From positions 577,220 to 641,219 of the forward strand of contig NW_003314316.1 in the NCBI RefSeq assembly GCF_000143415.4: 64,000 nt of DNA, given 5' to 3'. Each line of letters opens with the position of its first letter. Position 1 is the first letter of the stretch. Of this stretch, positions 12,908 to 24,020 are shown one piece after another. Both the position numbers and the translations under genes were made by a program. This DNA is from Selaginella moellendorffii (lineage: Eukaryota; Plantae; Lycopodiophyta). The notes under the pieces were generated by a model. It saw only the letters and a list, made by a program, of their open reading frames with translations. It was not told the DNA's origin and made no database searches.

Positions 12908-15200
12908 ATGCTGTCTGGAAGCCTCATAATTTCCAGCCGGGGCAAGAATCTAAGCGGCCATTCGACGCCGGCGATCTTGATCAAGCGCAGGAATTTCGAG
13001 AGTGGGAGTAGCAGCGGCGATTCCTCATCGTCGATCAAAACGGAGACGCGGTGCCCGTCGTGCAATGCCAAGATCGCGGTTCCTGCCTCGTCCGGATCCT
13101 CATCGTCGGCAACGTATCTCCACGATATCTTCGGCAAGCGCGGCTACTCCTTCGAGCAGGCTTGCCCTCACTGCAGGGCGATGTGTTCCATCGGGCCACT
13201 GGAATTCGCGGCCGGATGTGCGCAAGATCCCAGGAGCAGCAAGGAGAAGGAGCAAGAACAATCTTCTCCTCCTCGTCCTTCCTCCTCTATGGACGATCAG
13301 CTCCGCGGCTGGGTAAGGAAGATGATCAACAATGCATTGCTGGAGAAGGTGTCGTCGTCATCGCCATCGTCTTCTTCTTCGTCGGCTTCCAGTGGTGGTG
13401 GGAATGATTCCTGTGGAGCCACCGTCACCTCCCATTCCACCAGACACCCACGTCACGCGCTCACACAAAAAATCGTCCAAGCACAACTCTGGGTCGAGCT
13501 GGGTGGCACGAGCCGGAGCTGGGGTGGTTCCAATCTCGGGAGGAATTTGCCTTCTCCTCGTGAGATCTGCGAGGAGCTTGACAAGTTCATCATCGGCCAG
13601 GAACGAGCCAAAAAGGTGTGATAGTGCTCGTGTTCTTGCTTTTATCTTACCTTTTGGTTGTTCTTCTCTTCCAGGTGTTGTCTGTGGCAGTCTATAATCA
13701 CTACAAACGGATTTACTTTGAGAGTTTAAGAATTTCTTAAACTCTCAAAGTAAATCCGTTTGTAGTGATTCAAATGAAGCTGCCAAAGCCGTTGTTATGG
13801 GAGAGTACGCAACATTTTTTCTATTCCTATACCAACAAGTGCTTGCATCGTTTTTCAGATCAGAGGAATTTGACGAGAGCGTAGCATTGAATGCCGATGC
13901 GTGTGGAGACGATGAAGTTGAGCTTGAGAAGAGCAACGTGCTGTTGCTCGGTCCTACTGGCTCTGGTTGGTACCGATGCTTTACACAAGATTCCATGCAA
14001 GCTCATCTTGATTTTTGCAGGGAAGACATTGTTAGCTAAGTGCTTGGCAAAGTTTGTGAATGTTCCCTTCATAATTGCAGATGCTACGACGCTCACACAG
14101 GCAAGATTCAATCAACAAATTTTCTAAGATGCAAGTAAGGAAATTTTGTTTGAGCTTGCTTCATTTATAAAGTATTGGCTCCTTCGTAGGCAGGATATGT
14201 TGGAGAAGACGTGGAACCTATCCTTCATAAACTTCTTGTGGTATGTTTGGGGTACTGTTCCAGCAAACCTGGTCGTAAGCTCTTTGTTTCAGCCGAGTTC
14301 AACGTAAATGCAGCTCAGCAAGGAATCGTCTACATTGACGAAGTTGACAAAATTACCAAAAAGGTATGATCAAAATCCATTTTTCTTTCTTTCTTTCGGC
14401 CTGACTTTTCTCCAGTGCAATCAGAAGGCCTCAACATTGGAAGGGACGTGAGAGGTGAAGGTGTTCAACAAGCACTGCTCAAAATTTTGGAAGGAACACT
14501 AAGGAGCTGAAATTCTATTCTCATTGCAAAGACTTCTCAGGTAATCATCTCGTTCAATGAGTGTGTACAGATTGTTAACGTTCCTGAGAAAGGAGCTGGA
14601 AAGCATCATCGCAGCGATCACACCCAGGTTTGATGTAGGCTTCAATCTTTCAGCTTTGATTTATTTAACCATGCCTACTTTCAGATTGATACGAAAGAAA
14701 TCCTTTTTATATGCGGGGGAGCTTTCGTGGATCTGGAGAAAACGATTGCAGAGAGGTTAGCGGTTGCAAAGATTTTCGTTATCATTTTTATCTAAAGCAA
14801 TATCCTAGGAGACAAGATTCGTCTATCGGTTTTGGGGCACCAGTGAGAGCCAATATAAGAAACAACGGTGGTACAACCAGTGAGACGGTTGCTTCATCTT
14901 TTCTTGAAAAGGTTTGGTCCACTTTACGGCTTTAAAATTTAGAGATCTCTGTTTTCCTCTTAAGCAGGTCGAGTGCAGTGACCTTATTTTATATGGATTG
15001 AGACCAGAGTTTATTGGACGCTTTCCAGTGATTGTGAACCTTTCCGCTTTGAACGAGGATCAATTTGTCCAGGTTAGTTAAATGACTTATACTTTACAGC
15101 ATACTTTTTCCTGGGCAGGTTCTCATGACGCCTAAGAACGCATTGGGCAAACAGTACACCAAGCTCTTTGCAATGAACGACGTAAGAGATGTCTCAAAAT
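12908..15200 (+). pseudogene. CLPX: ClpX pseudogene copy 2 (has N-terminal CxxC..CxxC region; 3'-truncated)
   Basis: [23 protein letters not shown] (Walker A), [10 protein letters not shown] (Walker B), RDVRGEGVQQALLK, ILFICGGAFVDLEK, PEFIGRFPV. Internal frameshifts, a fold-back insertion and no 3' exons. Confidence 0.88.
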
Positions 15201-15206
15201 CAACTC

Positions 15207-15912
15207 AAGATTGATCATGGCTTGTTCCAATTGGAATCAAGATGAGAGCTCTTTCACTTTGTCGTTTATCAGCACTCATCATCTCACGATCAAAAAGGGA
15301 ATTTTGGAATTCCGGAACTCAAATCGTGGGTGGGAATGAAATTGCGATCAATGAAGGCTGTTCTATGTGCGCTAAGTAGCGGCGAGAAAACCCACGAGCA
15401 CGATTTTGCTAAGCAAATCCCAGGATCACGTAAAAGGCACCAAGAACACTAAGAACAGGGGAGGACACCTTTCTGGGCATTCAAATGGAGGGAGGAGTAA
15501 TTTTCTTACCTGGACGATTCGGTGGTAGGACGTGCAAGCGGAGCAGAGTGGATTCTTGGCGAGGCAAAAACAAGACGGCTCTCAGGGCGATCGAAGCAAT
15601 TCGAATTCCAGCGATTAAAAGAGATGGATTAATCGTTGGATGCAATGTAATGTGTGTGCTGTGTGGGTGTGTCTTATGTGATATTAATTTCTATCAATCT
15701 TGTTCTCAAATGTTTGCCTCCTTCCTTCCTCTTCTTTCCCCGTCAAGCCCGGCTTGGGATTTCGTTTCCTCAAACACCGTCGGATTCTAGTGGCCATCCA
15801 ACGGCCAATAGCGAAGAGCCTGCCTGGCCGTCTGATGCCGCATCTGACGGCTAGCGATTAACAAGACGTATGTGTTTGTAACCTTTTTGTTTTCCCTAAC
15901 CCTAAATATAGA
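15207..15912. repeat. Mosaic duplication of PLATZ intron1/exon1 (~1209-1588), an inverted piece of ~2125-2230, and the PLATZ/CCDC86 intergenic region (~2320-2500)
   Basis: Direct sequence identity with those coordinates; the 15640-15740 piece is reverse-complemented. Confidence 0.85.
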
Positions 15913-15924
15913 GAAATTGGAAAT

Positions 15925-18900
15925 TGTTTGGAATATAGAAAGGGAATACAGAAAATGTGTATATGAATTAACCTAAAAACCCTAGTTTATATACAAGAGT
16001 GAGTGGTCCAGATTGAAACCAATCCGACGGCTACCAAAATCCCACTACATTAATATTAGTATATGGCATTGTAGCCGTACACTTGGCCCTCATATCATCC
16101 CCTCCTCTCGGAATAATGGAAGACCATCAGGGTTCTCTTGTAGATGGGCCGAGATCTGGAGGAACATTAGAAGGAGGCATCGGTGGATCTGTAGGTGGTA
16201 TTAACTCTTCTTGATCCCTTTGTATAAAGCGTTTCAGCTGCTGCACATACACAATCTCTGGAGGATCGGCCTGCTGAACGTCATGCTAAACTTCATAAAC
16301 TTGTGGTCCAACTTGCCACAACACCCGATACGGTTATTTCCACTGCGCAAGAAGTCCCTTAGATAAACCACGTACCGTAAGATAGGGAAAACAAACTAAC
16401 ACCAAATCATCCACTTTGTACTCCGCAGGTGGACGATGATGAGAGTTGTAGCGCCGTTGTTGTCCTACTTATACACGGCTTAAGTGTTCGGCAGACTCTG
16501 CTCGGACAAGTGGAAGAATGCTCATCAAATACTGATCCCATGACCTAGTATTGGCAGCTCGCGGCAATCGCGAAGGTAAACCCAGCTCCGTTGGTAATAT
16601 TAAATCATGACCATATAGGAGTTTATATGGTGAAGCACCAACAGAACTTTGCACCCCTGTGACATATGCATACCGAAGAGACGGCAAATAACCATCCCCA
16701 ATCCGAATGCTGAAAGTTCACATACTTCGCAATCATCCCTTTGAATGTCCGAATGAGCCGCTCCACCAGACTGTCTGATTGTGGATGATAAGCACTCGTG
16801 AAAGTGTGGCGTATCCCCAACCGAGACGTCAAAACATGAAATACCTCGGCCATAAATGCGGGACCATTATCTGAAAGAATCCGCTTTGGACAAGAATGTT
16901 GGAACACCACTCGATTGAGGAGGAAGTAGCCAACAGCAATTGCAAAGGCACTAGCAAGAGCACCAACTTCCACCCAACGAGTCAAGTAGTCAGAAGCAAT
17001 AATAACATACTCATTGCCAGCAGTTGACCGTGGAAAAGGTCCCATAAGATCAAACGCCACCAACTCAAATGGACGGGAAACCGCAATTGACTCCAACCGT
17101 CCTTCCACAGCACGAGGGGGAGTATTACGAGCTTGGCACCAAACGCAGCTACGCACATACCAGATAACATCACGTCGCATCTCCGGCCAGTAAAAAAACC
17201 TGCGCAGCTTCTCGGTTACACGACGGTGTCCCATATGCCCACCTAGAACAGGAGAATCATGGTAGGCACGGAGAAACCGCGGAATAAAGACAGAAGGCAC
17301 CACCAGTCGTAAATGATCCTCAGGATCCGTCCCCACAAAATAAGGAAGGCCATTTTCAAGGCGATATTGAGAATGTAAATGCTGGAAAGGCAAGTCATCA
17401 GCAAGTGATGTAGGATTCTCAAACCCATCTCGAAGCCTTTGAATCCACGGCTCAATCTTTTGAGCCTCGCGAACATCATCAAGAGAAAGTAGATCCTGCT
17501 CGGCACCTTGTGGACACTGAACGTCAAGGATAGCAACCGCCGACGACACAGAATCCTCATATAGAAAATCCACAGATGTTGGAACAATAAACTTGTCAGA
17601 AACATGAGAAGTTAGTGAAGAAGGAAGAGGAGCTCGAGAAAGGGCATTAGCATCAGCCATAGAACTCCCTGGGCGATGAACAACATCAAAATCATATATC
17701 TGAAGCTTCAAAGCCCACCGAGCAGTACGACCAACCAGGTTCTTTCGCTTCAATAATGAAGTAACAGCAGCATGGTCACCTTCAAGTAACGTCCGAGAAC
17801 CATGTAGATATGCATGAAGTTTTTCGAAACCCCAAACTGTTGCTAAACACTCCTTCTCCGTCGTGGAGTAGTTCATCTCTGTTGGTTGTAATGTATGGCT
17901 TATATAAGCAATAGGATGGCATTGACTAGGCACACTCGAGCTCTCTTGCATTAACACACCTCCAAGACCAATGTCAGAAGCATTTACGCGCAAAATAAAA
18001 GGTCGAGTGTAGTTAGGATATGCCAAAACCGGAGGAGTCGTCAATAGCTCTTTGAGATCCCCGAACGCCCGCTCACAATCCAGAGACCAGATGAAAGATG
18101 ATGTTGATGACTTCAGCAACGCTCGCAATGGTGCAGTGCTATCAGAAAGATGATCCACAAAACGATCGAGATACTACACCTTGCCCAAGAAGTGTTGCAC
18201 ATCATTCACACATTTCGGAGTAGGGAACTTCAGAACAGCCACAAGTTTATCAGGATCAACTTGCAAACCCTCACGAGAAATACGGTACCCAAGATAAGTT
18301 GTATCCTTGGACCCAAACACGCACTTCGACCGCTTCAGCTTTAAACCAACATCGCGTAGCCGATCCAACACTTTACAAACATCACGAACATGCTCCTCCC
18401 ACGTCCCCTCCGAGTGAATCAAGACATCATCAATGAAGTCGGCAGTCACCTTTGGCATATCACAAAGAACCTCGTCCATCATCCGCTGGAAAGTTGTTGG
18501 AGCGTTGTTCAAACCAAACACATCACCAAGAACTCGTACAAACCAAATGGTGTACGAAAAGCAGTCTTAAGAATATCTTCTATGGCCATCGGTACTTGCC
18601 AGTACCCAGAAGCAAGATCTAGCTTGGTGAACCAATGACTTCGCCTTAGACGATCCAAGAGATCAGCAGTGTGAGGAAGAGGGTACACATTCGGCATCGT
18701 CACTTGAGCATCCCCGGTTGGAATCGGATGACGTGTGGCAATTTTGGCCCCAGACGATAGGTCAAATTCAAAGAGATCAGAATACTCCTTCATGAACCGG
18801 TCAACAGCTGCAACACAAAGATCATCGGAGGGATCGAAAAAGGGAAGAGCAGAACAAGATGGAAATATAGGAGGAAATAGTGGGGGAACAAAAGTAATGG

Positions 18901-20733
18901 AAGCAGAGGTAGAAGTAGAGGGACGAAGAAGTATAGAAGTGAGAGGAATGGATGAAACATAAGGAAGTATGAGACAAGGGGGAGAAGCCTTAAAGTCACA
19001 CTTGGCATGATTGTGTTGCAACCAATCCATACCAAGAATGAGGTCAAAAGCTTGATTCGGCACCACCCGCAACGACTGCAACTCAAGCTCGAGATCGCCC
19101 ACACGCACAACCAGATATGCCTCATCTCGTGCACATGCATGTGTACGGCCGTTGCAATAAAGAATGAAAACTGGATCCACTGCACGACGCAAGTGTAGAC
19201 GACAACATATGGCAACAGGTCGAGCAATAGAAGATAAACTTGAACCTGTATCAACCAACACGGAGAGAATAATAAGAGACCTCTTGTTATAAAAACAAGC
19301 TTGGAAAGTAAACACTAGATGAACTGGTGCCGAGTGAACCACTTGATGATACTCCTGAAAGAAAGATGGAGGGGTCACTAACTTATTTGCGCAAGGTCCC
19401 TCCATTACTCGCGCGACTCCTCGTTTCCCAGATGCACCTCGGTGTCCAAACCTTCCACCGCAGTAGCACCAATGGGACGTTGCTAACGCCAAGGTCTCCA
19501 CCCAGGAAATGGAGGTTGCCAATCCGGAAAGCGCCGACAACGCCAATAAGTATGACCAACTTCATCACACGCCCAGGAATGAACATCACGGCCATGACCA
19601 CGTCCTCGCCCTTGTCCTTGGACTCGAGTAGCAGCAGCATCAATCTCCATTGGAACAGGACCATCACTCATAGGAAGTGGAGCGGAAGGACATACAGCAA
19701 GAAGTGGAAGAGGCAATGTTTCATAACATTGTGCCAAGCGAAGAGCATCATCAAGGGTGGCAAGAGCAAGTGCATGCACAAGGCCGACAAGATCTTGATG
19801 AAGTGCTGGCCACAACATTCCTAGCTTGATCCGCTCCGACATATTGGGCTCCGCACGAAGCAAAAGACTTTGGAAACGAACGCCAAATTGCATCACTGAC
19901 TCAGATGGCCCTTGGCGAAGACAATGCAATTGTTGGAAGGCATCGTCACAATTGTCGGCATGTCTGAAAGCGCGTTTGAAGACGTCCGGAAGAAGACTCC
20001 AATCCCCACGAGTGGCTGCACTCAATCCATTGTACCACTGCAACGCCGTCCCTTGGAGACACGTGGGAAACTCATGCAAACGTCGAGCATCATCCCAAGA
20101 ATGATATGTGGCAATCACCGTGAAGTGATTGAACCAATGGTACACATCATCCCCAGGATTCCCACAAAAGAACTCTAGCCGAACGCGAGGATTGGCACCA
20201 AGAGCAGGAGGAGTTGGACCACATGCCATGAATGCCGCCATCAATTGAGTTTGGCTATTCAATTGCAAATGCATAGCATCAAGCAATTGGACCAATTGCT
20301 GCTCTAGAGTCAAGGGAGGAGATTGTTGATCTACCATGAAGATGGACGAAGAAAGAGCAAAAAAAGAGAAATGACAAAAAACAAGAAGGAAATAGGAGAT
20401 CTAGACAATGCAAAAAGCTAGATCTAAACCAAAATCCTGAAAGGGAAGAAAAAAAAAGGAAATGGAAAAAGTTAGATCTAGACGATGCAAAAGCTAGATC
20501 TAAACCAAAATCCCAAATTCAAGCACTGTTCAGGGACAATTAAAGTTGCCCTTCACCTCCACCAATCTGAGTGCTTGGAATATGGAATATAGAAAATGTG
20601 CATATCAATTAGCCCAAAAACCCTAGCTTATATACAGGAGCAAGTGGTCCGGATTGAAACCAATCCGATGGCTACCAAAATCCCATTATGCTAATATTAG
20701 TATACGGCATCGTAGCCGTACACTTGGCCCTCA
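15925..20733 (-). mobile_element. Ty3/gypsy LTR retrotransposon A (no chromodomain), short ~166-bp LTRs at ~15925-16092 and ~20568-20733; decayed
   Basis: Gag (20337-19483), protease VDTGS, RT (KTAF.TPFGLYEF, FIDDVLI), RNase H (NYSTTEKECLA), integrase (GHMG..C..CQ, SDNG, SAYHPQ). PBS TGGTGGAGGTG at 20554-20564 and PPT at ~16093-16109. No clean TSD found. Confidence 0.9.
16110..20337 (-). pseudogene. gag-pol of element A, frameshifted, with a deletion in the RT N-terminus
   Basis: Four overlapping ORF fragments in PR-RT-RH-IN order; the segment present in copy B at ~62235-62425 is missing. Confidence 0.85.
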
Positions 20734-20735
20734 CA

Positions 20736-22868
20736 ATATGGAATATGAAAATGGAATATAGAAATATGCATATAAATTAACTTAAAAACCTTAGTTTATA
20801 TATAGAAGTAAATGGATTATATTAAAATCAATTAAATAGCTACCAAAATTTCACTACACTAATATCATTATATGGCATCGTAACCATACACTTGAACCTT
20901 ATATCATCCTTTCTTCTCGAAATAATAGAAGACTGTCAGGGTTTTCTTATGGATGGATTAGGATTTGGAGGAATATCAAGAGGAGTATTGGTGGATTTAT
21001 AGATGGTATTAATTGTTTTTGATCCCTTTGTACGAAGTGTTTTAATTGCTACACATACACAATTTTTGGAGGATCGACTTATTAGACGTCATGCTAAACC
21101 TATAAACTTATAGTCCCACTTGCTGCAACATCCAATACAATCCTTTCCACTAAGCAAAGAACCCCTTAAATAAATCACATACTGTAAAATTAGGAAAATG
21201 GACTAACACTAAGTCATCCATTATGTATTTCGCAGGTGGATAATGATGGAAGTTACAACGCCATTGTTATCTCACTTATATGTGGCTTAAATATTTAGTA
21301 AACTCTATTTGGACAAGTGGAAGAATGCTTGTTAAATATTGATCCCACATTTAGCATTGGTAGTTTGTGGCAATTGCAAAGGTAAACCCAACTCTATTGA
21401 TAGTATTGGATTATGACCATATAGGAGTTTATATGGTGAAACTCTAATAGAATTCTACACCTTTGTGATATACATATACTAAAGAAATAGTAAATAACCA
21501 TCCCAATTTGAATAGTAAAAGTCCACGTACTTCACGATCATCCCTTTGAAGGTTCAAATGAGCCTTTCCACTAAATCGTTTGACTGTGGATGGTAAACAC
21601 TCGTGAAAGTGTGGTGTATCCTCAATCAAGACATCAAAACATAAAATGCCTCAACCATAAATGCAGAATCATTATCTAAAAGAATTCGCTTTGGACAAGA
21701 ATGTTAGAACACCACTCTATTGAGAAGGAAGTATTCAATAGCAATTGCAAATGCACTACAAGAGCACTGACTTCCACAAAACAAGTCAAGTAGTTAGAAG
21801 CAACAATGACATACTTATTGGCAGTAGTCGATCGTAAAAAAGGCCCTATTAAATCAAATGTCACCAACTCAAATGGATAGGAAATTGCAATTAACTTCAA
21901 CTGTCTTTCCGCAACACAAGAGGGAGTATTACAAGTTTAGCATCAAACATAGCTACGTATATATTGGATAACATTATGTCACATCCTCGGCCAATAAAAA
22001 GATCTATGCAGCTTCTCGATCACACGACGATATCCCATATACCCACCTAAAATAAAAGAATCATGGTAGGCCGTGGAGAAAGTATGGAATAAAAATCGAA
22101 GGCATCACTAGCTGTAAATGATCATCAAAATTTGTTCCCACAAAATAAAGAAAACCATCTTCAAAGCGATAATGAGAGTGTAAATGCCAAAATAGCAAGT
22201 CATTAGCAAGTAATGTAGAATTTTTAAACCTATCACAAAGCCTTTGAATTCATGGTTCAATCTTTTAAGACTCACGAACCTTGTCAAGAGAAGGTAAATT
22301 ATGCTCTGCACCTTGTGGACACTAAACGTCAAGTACAAAAGCTACCAATGGCACAGAATCCTCATTTAAAAACTCCACAGATGTTAAAATAAAAGGCTTA
22401 TTAGAAACATGAGAAGAGAGTGAAGAAGGAAGAGGAGTTTGAGAAAGAGCATCAGCATAAGCTATCAAACTCCCCAAACAATGAACAACATTAAAATCAT
22501 ATATTCAAAACTTGAAATCTTACCAAGCAGTACAACTAACTAAGTTCTTCTACTTTAATAATGAAGTAATTGCACCATAATTACCTTTTAGTAATGTCCG
22601 AAAACCATGTAAATATGCATAAAGTTTTTCGAAACCCCAAAATACTACTAAACACTTCTTCTCTGTCATGGAGTAGTTCATCTCTACTAGTTAATATATG
22701 TGATAGGATGGCACTGACTAGGCACACTGGGCTCTCTTGCATCAACACACTTCCAAGACTAATATTAGAAGCATCCACACACAAAATGAAAGGTTGAATA
22801 TAGTCAAAATATGCCAAAACTGAAGGAGTTGTCAATAACTCTTTGAAATCCATAAATGCCCACCCACA
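20736..22868 (-). mobile_element. Ty3/gypsy element B (older copy of family A), 3' part: LTR ~20736-20901, integrase, RNase H
   Basis: Colinear with 15925-18085 but with many C>T/G>A changes; cut at 22868 (TSD CCACA) and resumes at 61633. Confidence 0.88.
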
Positions 22869-23394
22869 TGTAAGCCTTAAATTTTTCCTTTCCAATTTGC
22901 TAGTTTACCTTGTTTATTTGACCACCATAACCTTAGCCTTAGTTAAGTTCCCTCACCAAAGTTCTCACCTATTGTACTAGCTCCTACTCGGTCCTACTTG
23001 GTTTCAATAGCTTACTACACAAGCAATGGAGTGTTAGCCATCCATCCACGGTTTCCCAAATTCTTTCTCAATCCCCCTCTCTAGGTTAGATTGGACTTAA
23101 GGTTCAGCTACACTTCCCACATGCACAAACATCCTAGCACACCAAGCCTCTAGATTCTTAACATCCCTTGGTATAACAAAACTTGATCATGGGACCCTCT
23201 AAATTTGAAGCTTTGGGTGCAACACTTGCTTTGAGACACTAAGGGGAAACACCATGGCCTCACGGCCCAGTATGGGTACCCCTACTCCTCCACTTCCATC
23301 TCGAAGGGAAGGCCCAAGCCCTTAGGAAGGGCAAGGATCAATGAGCTGTAAGGTACTCAAATGGGGCACCACTCCACATGAGCCAGGAGCACCG
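22869..23394 (-). mobile_element. Left part of split LTR C (same family as the element E LTRs)
   Basis: Starts TGTAAGCC like 28221 and 55631; pairs with 61246-61632 via TSD CCACA/TCACA. Confidence 0.8.
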
Positions 23395-24020
23395 TGTAAG
23401 GAACCAACTCCTCGAGGTGTCAAAGGCTAAAAGATCCCCAAAAGCACAACCAAAATGATAAAGAGTTCATCGATGGGACTGAGTCTGAGATCGAGTCGGA
23501 GACCGACTCTAAGACCGAGTCCGAGACCGAGTTTGAGACCGAGTCCGAGACTGTGTGCAAGACTGGGTTCGAGACCGGGTTCAAGACCGGGTCCGAGATT
23601 GAGTTCGAGACCGAGTCCAAAGTCAAGTCCGAGATTAAGTCCGAGACTTAGTCTGAATACTAATAGGTCATGGGGTGAAAGCCCAAAGCATGTGTCTCTT
23701 GGGGGGGGTAGGGGGCTGTAGGAGTATAGTAGGGATAGTGAGGTTAATAACTAGTCTTGAAGGAACTCTCTAGTGGTGCTTTCAAACTGACTTGAGGTTG
23801 AGACTGGGGCCGAGGGCCCTCAGGTGGGAGTGAGCATGGACTTGGGTGGTGCCGGAGGGGCCACCCAAGGAAATGCTCAAGATTAGCTCTCACTCCTGGA
23901 AGGGAAACCGACTGCGGTGCTCTCGGCTCATGTGGAGTGGTGCCCCACTTAAGTATCTTGTGGCTCATTAGTCCTTGCCCTTCCTAGGGGCTTGGGCCTT
24001 CCCTTTGGGATGGAGGGGGG
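23395..24020 (+). mobile_element. Inverted, truncated LTR fragment of the C/E family
   Basis: Begins TGTAAGGAACCAACTC, the reverse complement of the E LTR end. Confidence 0.8.
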
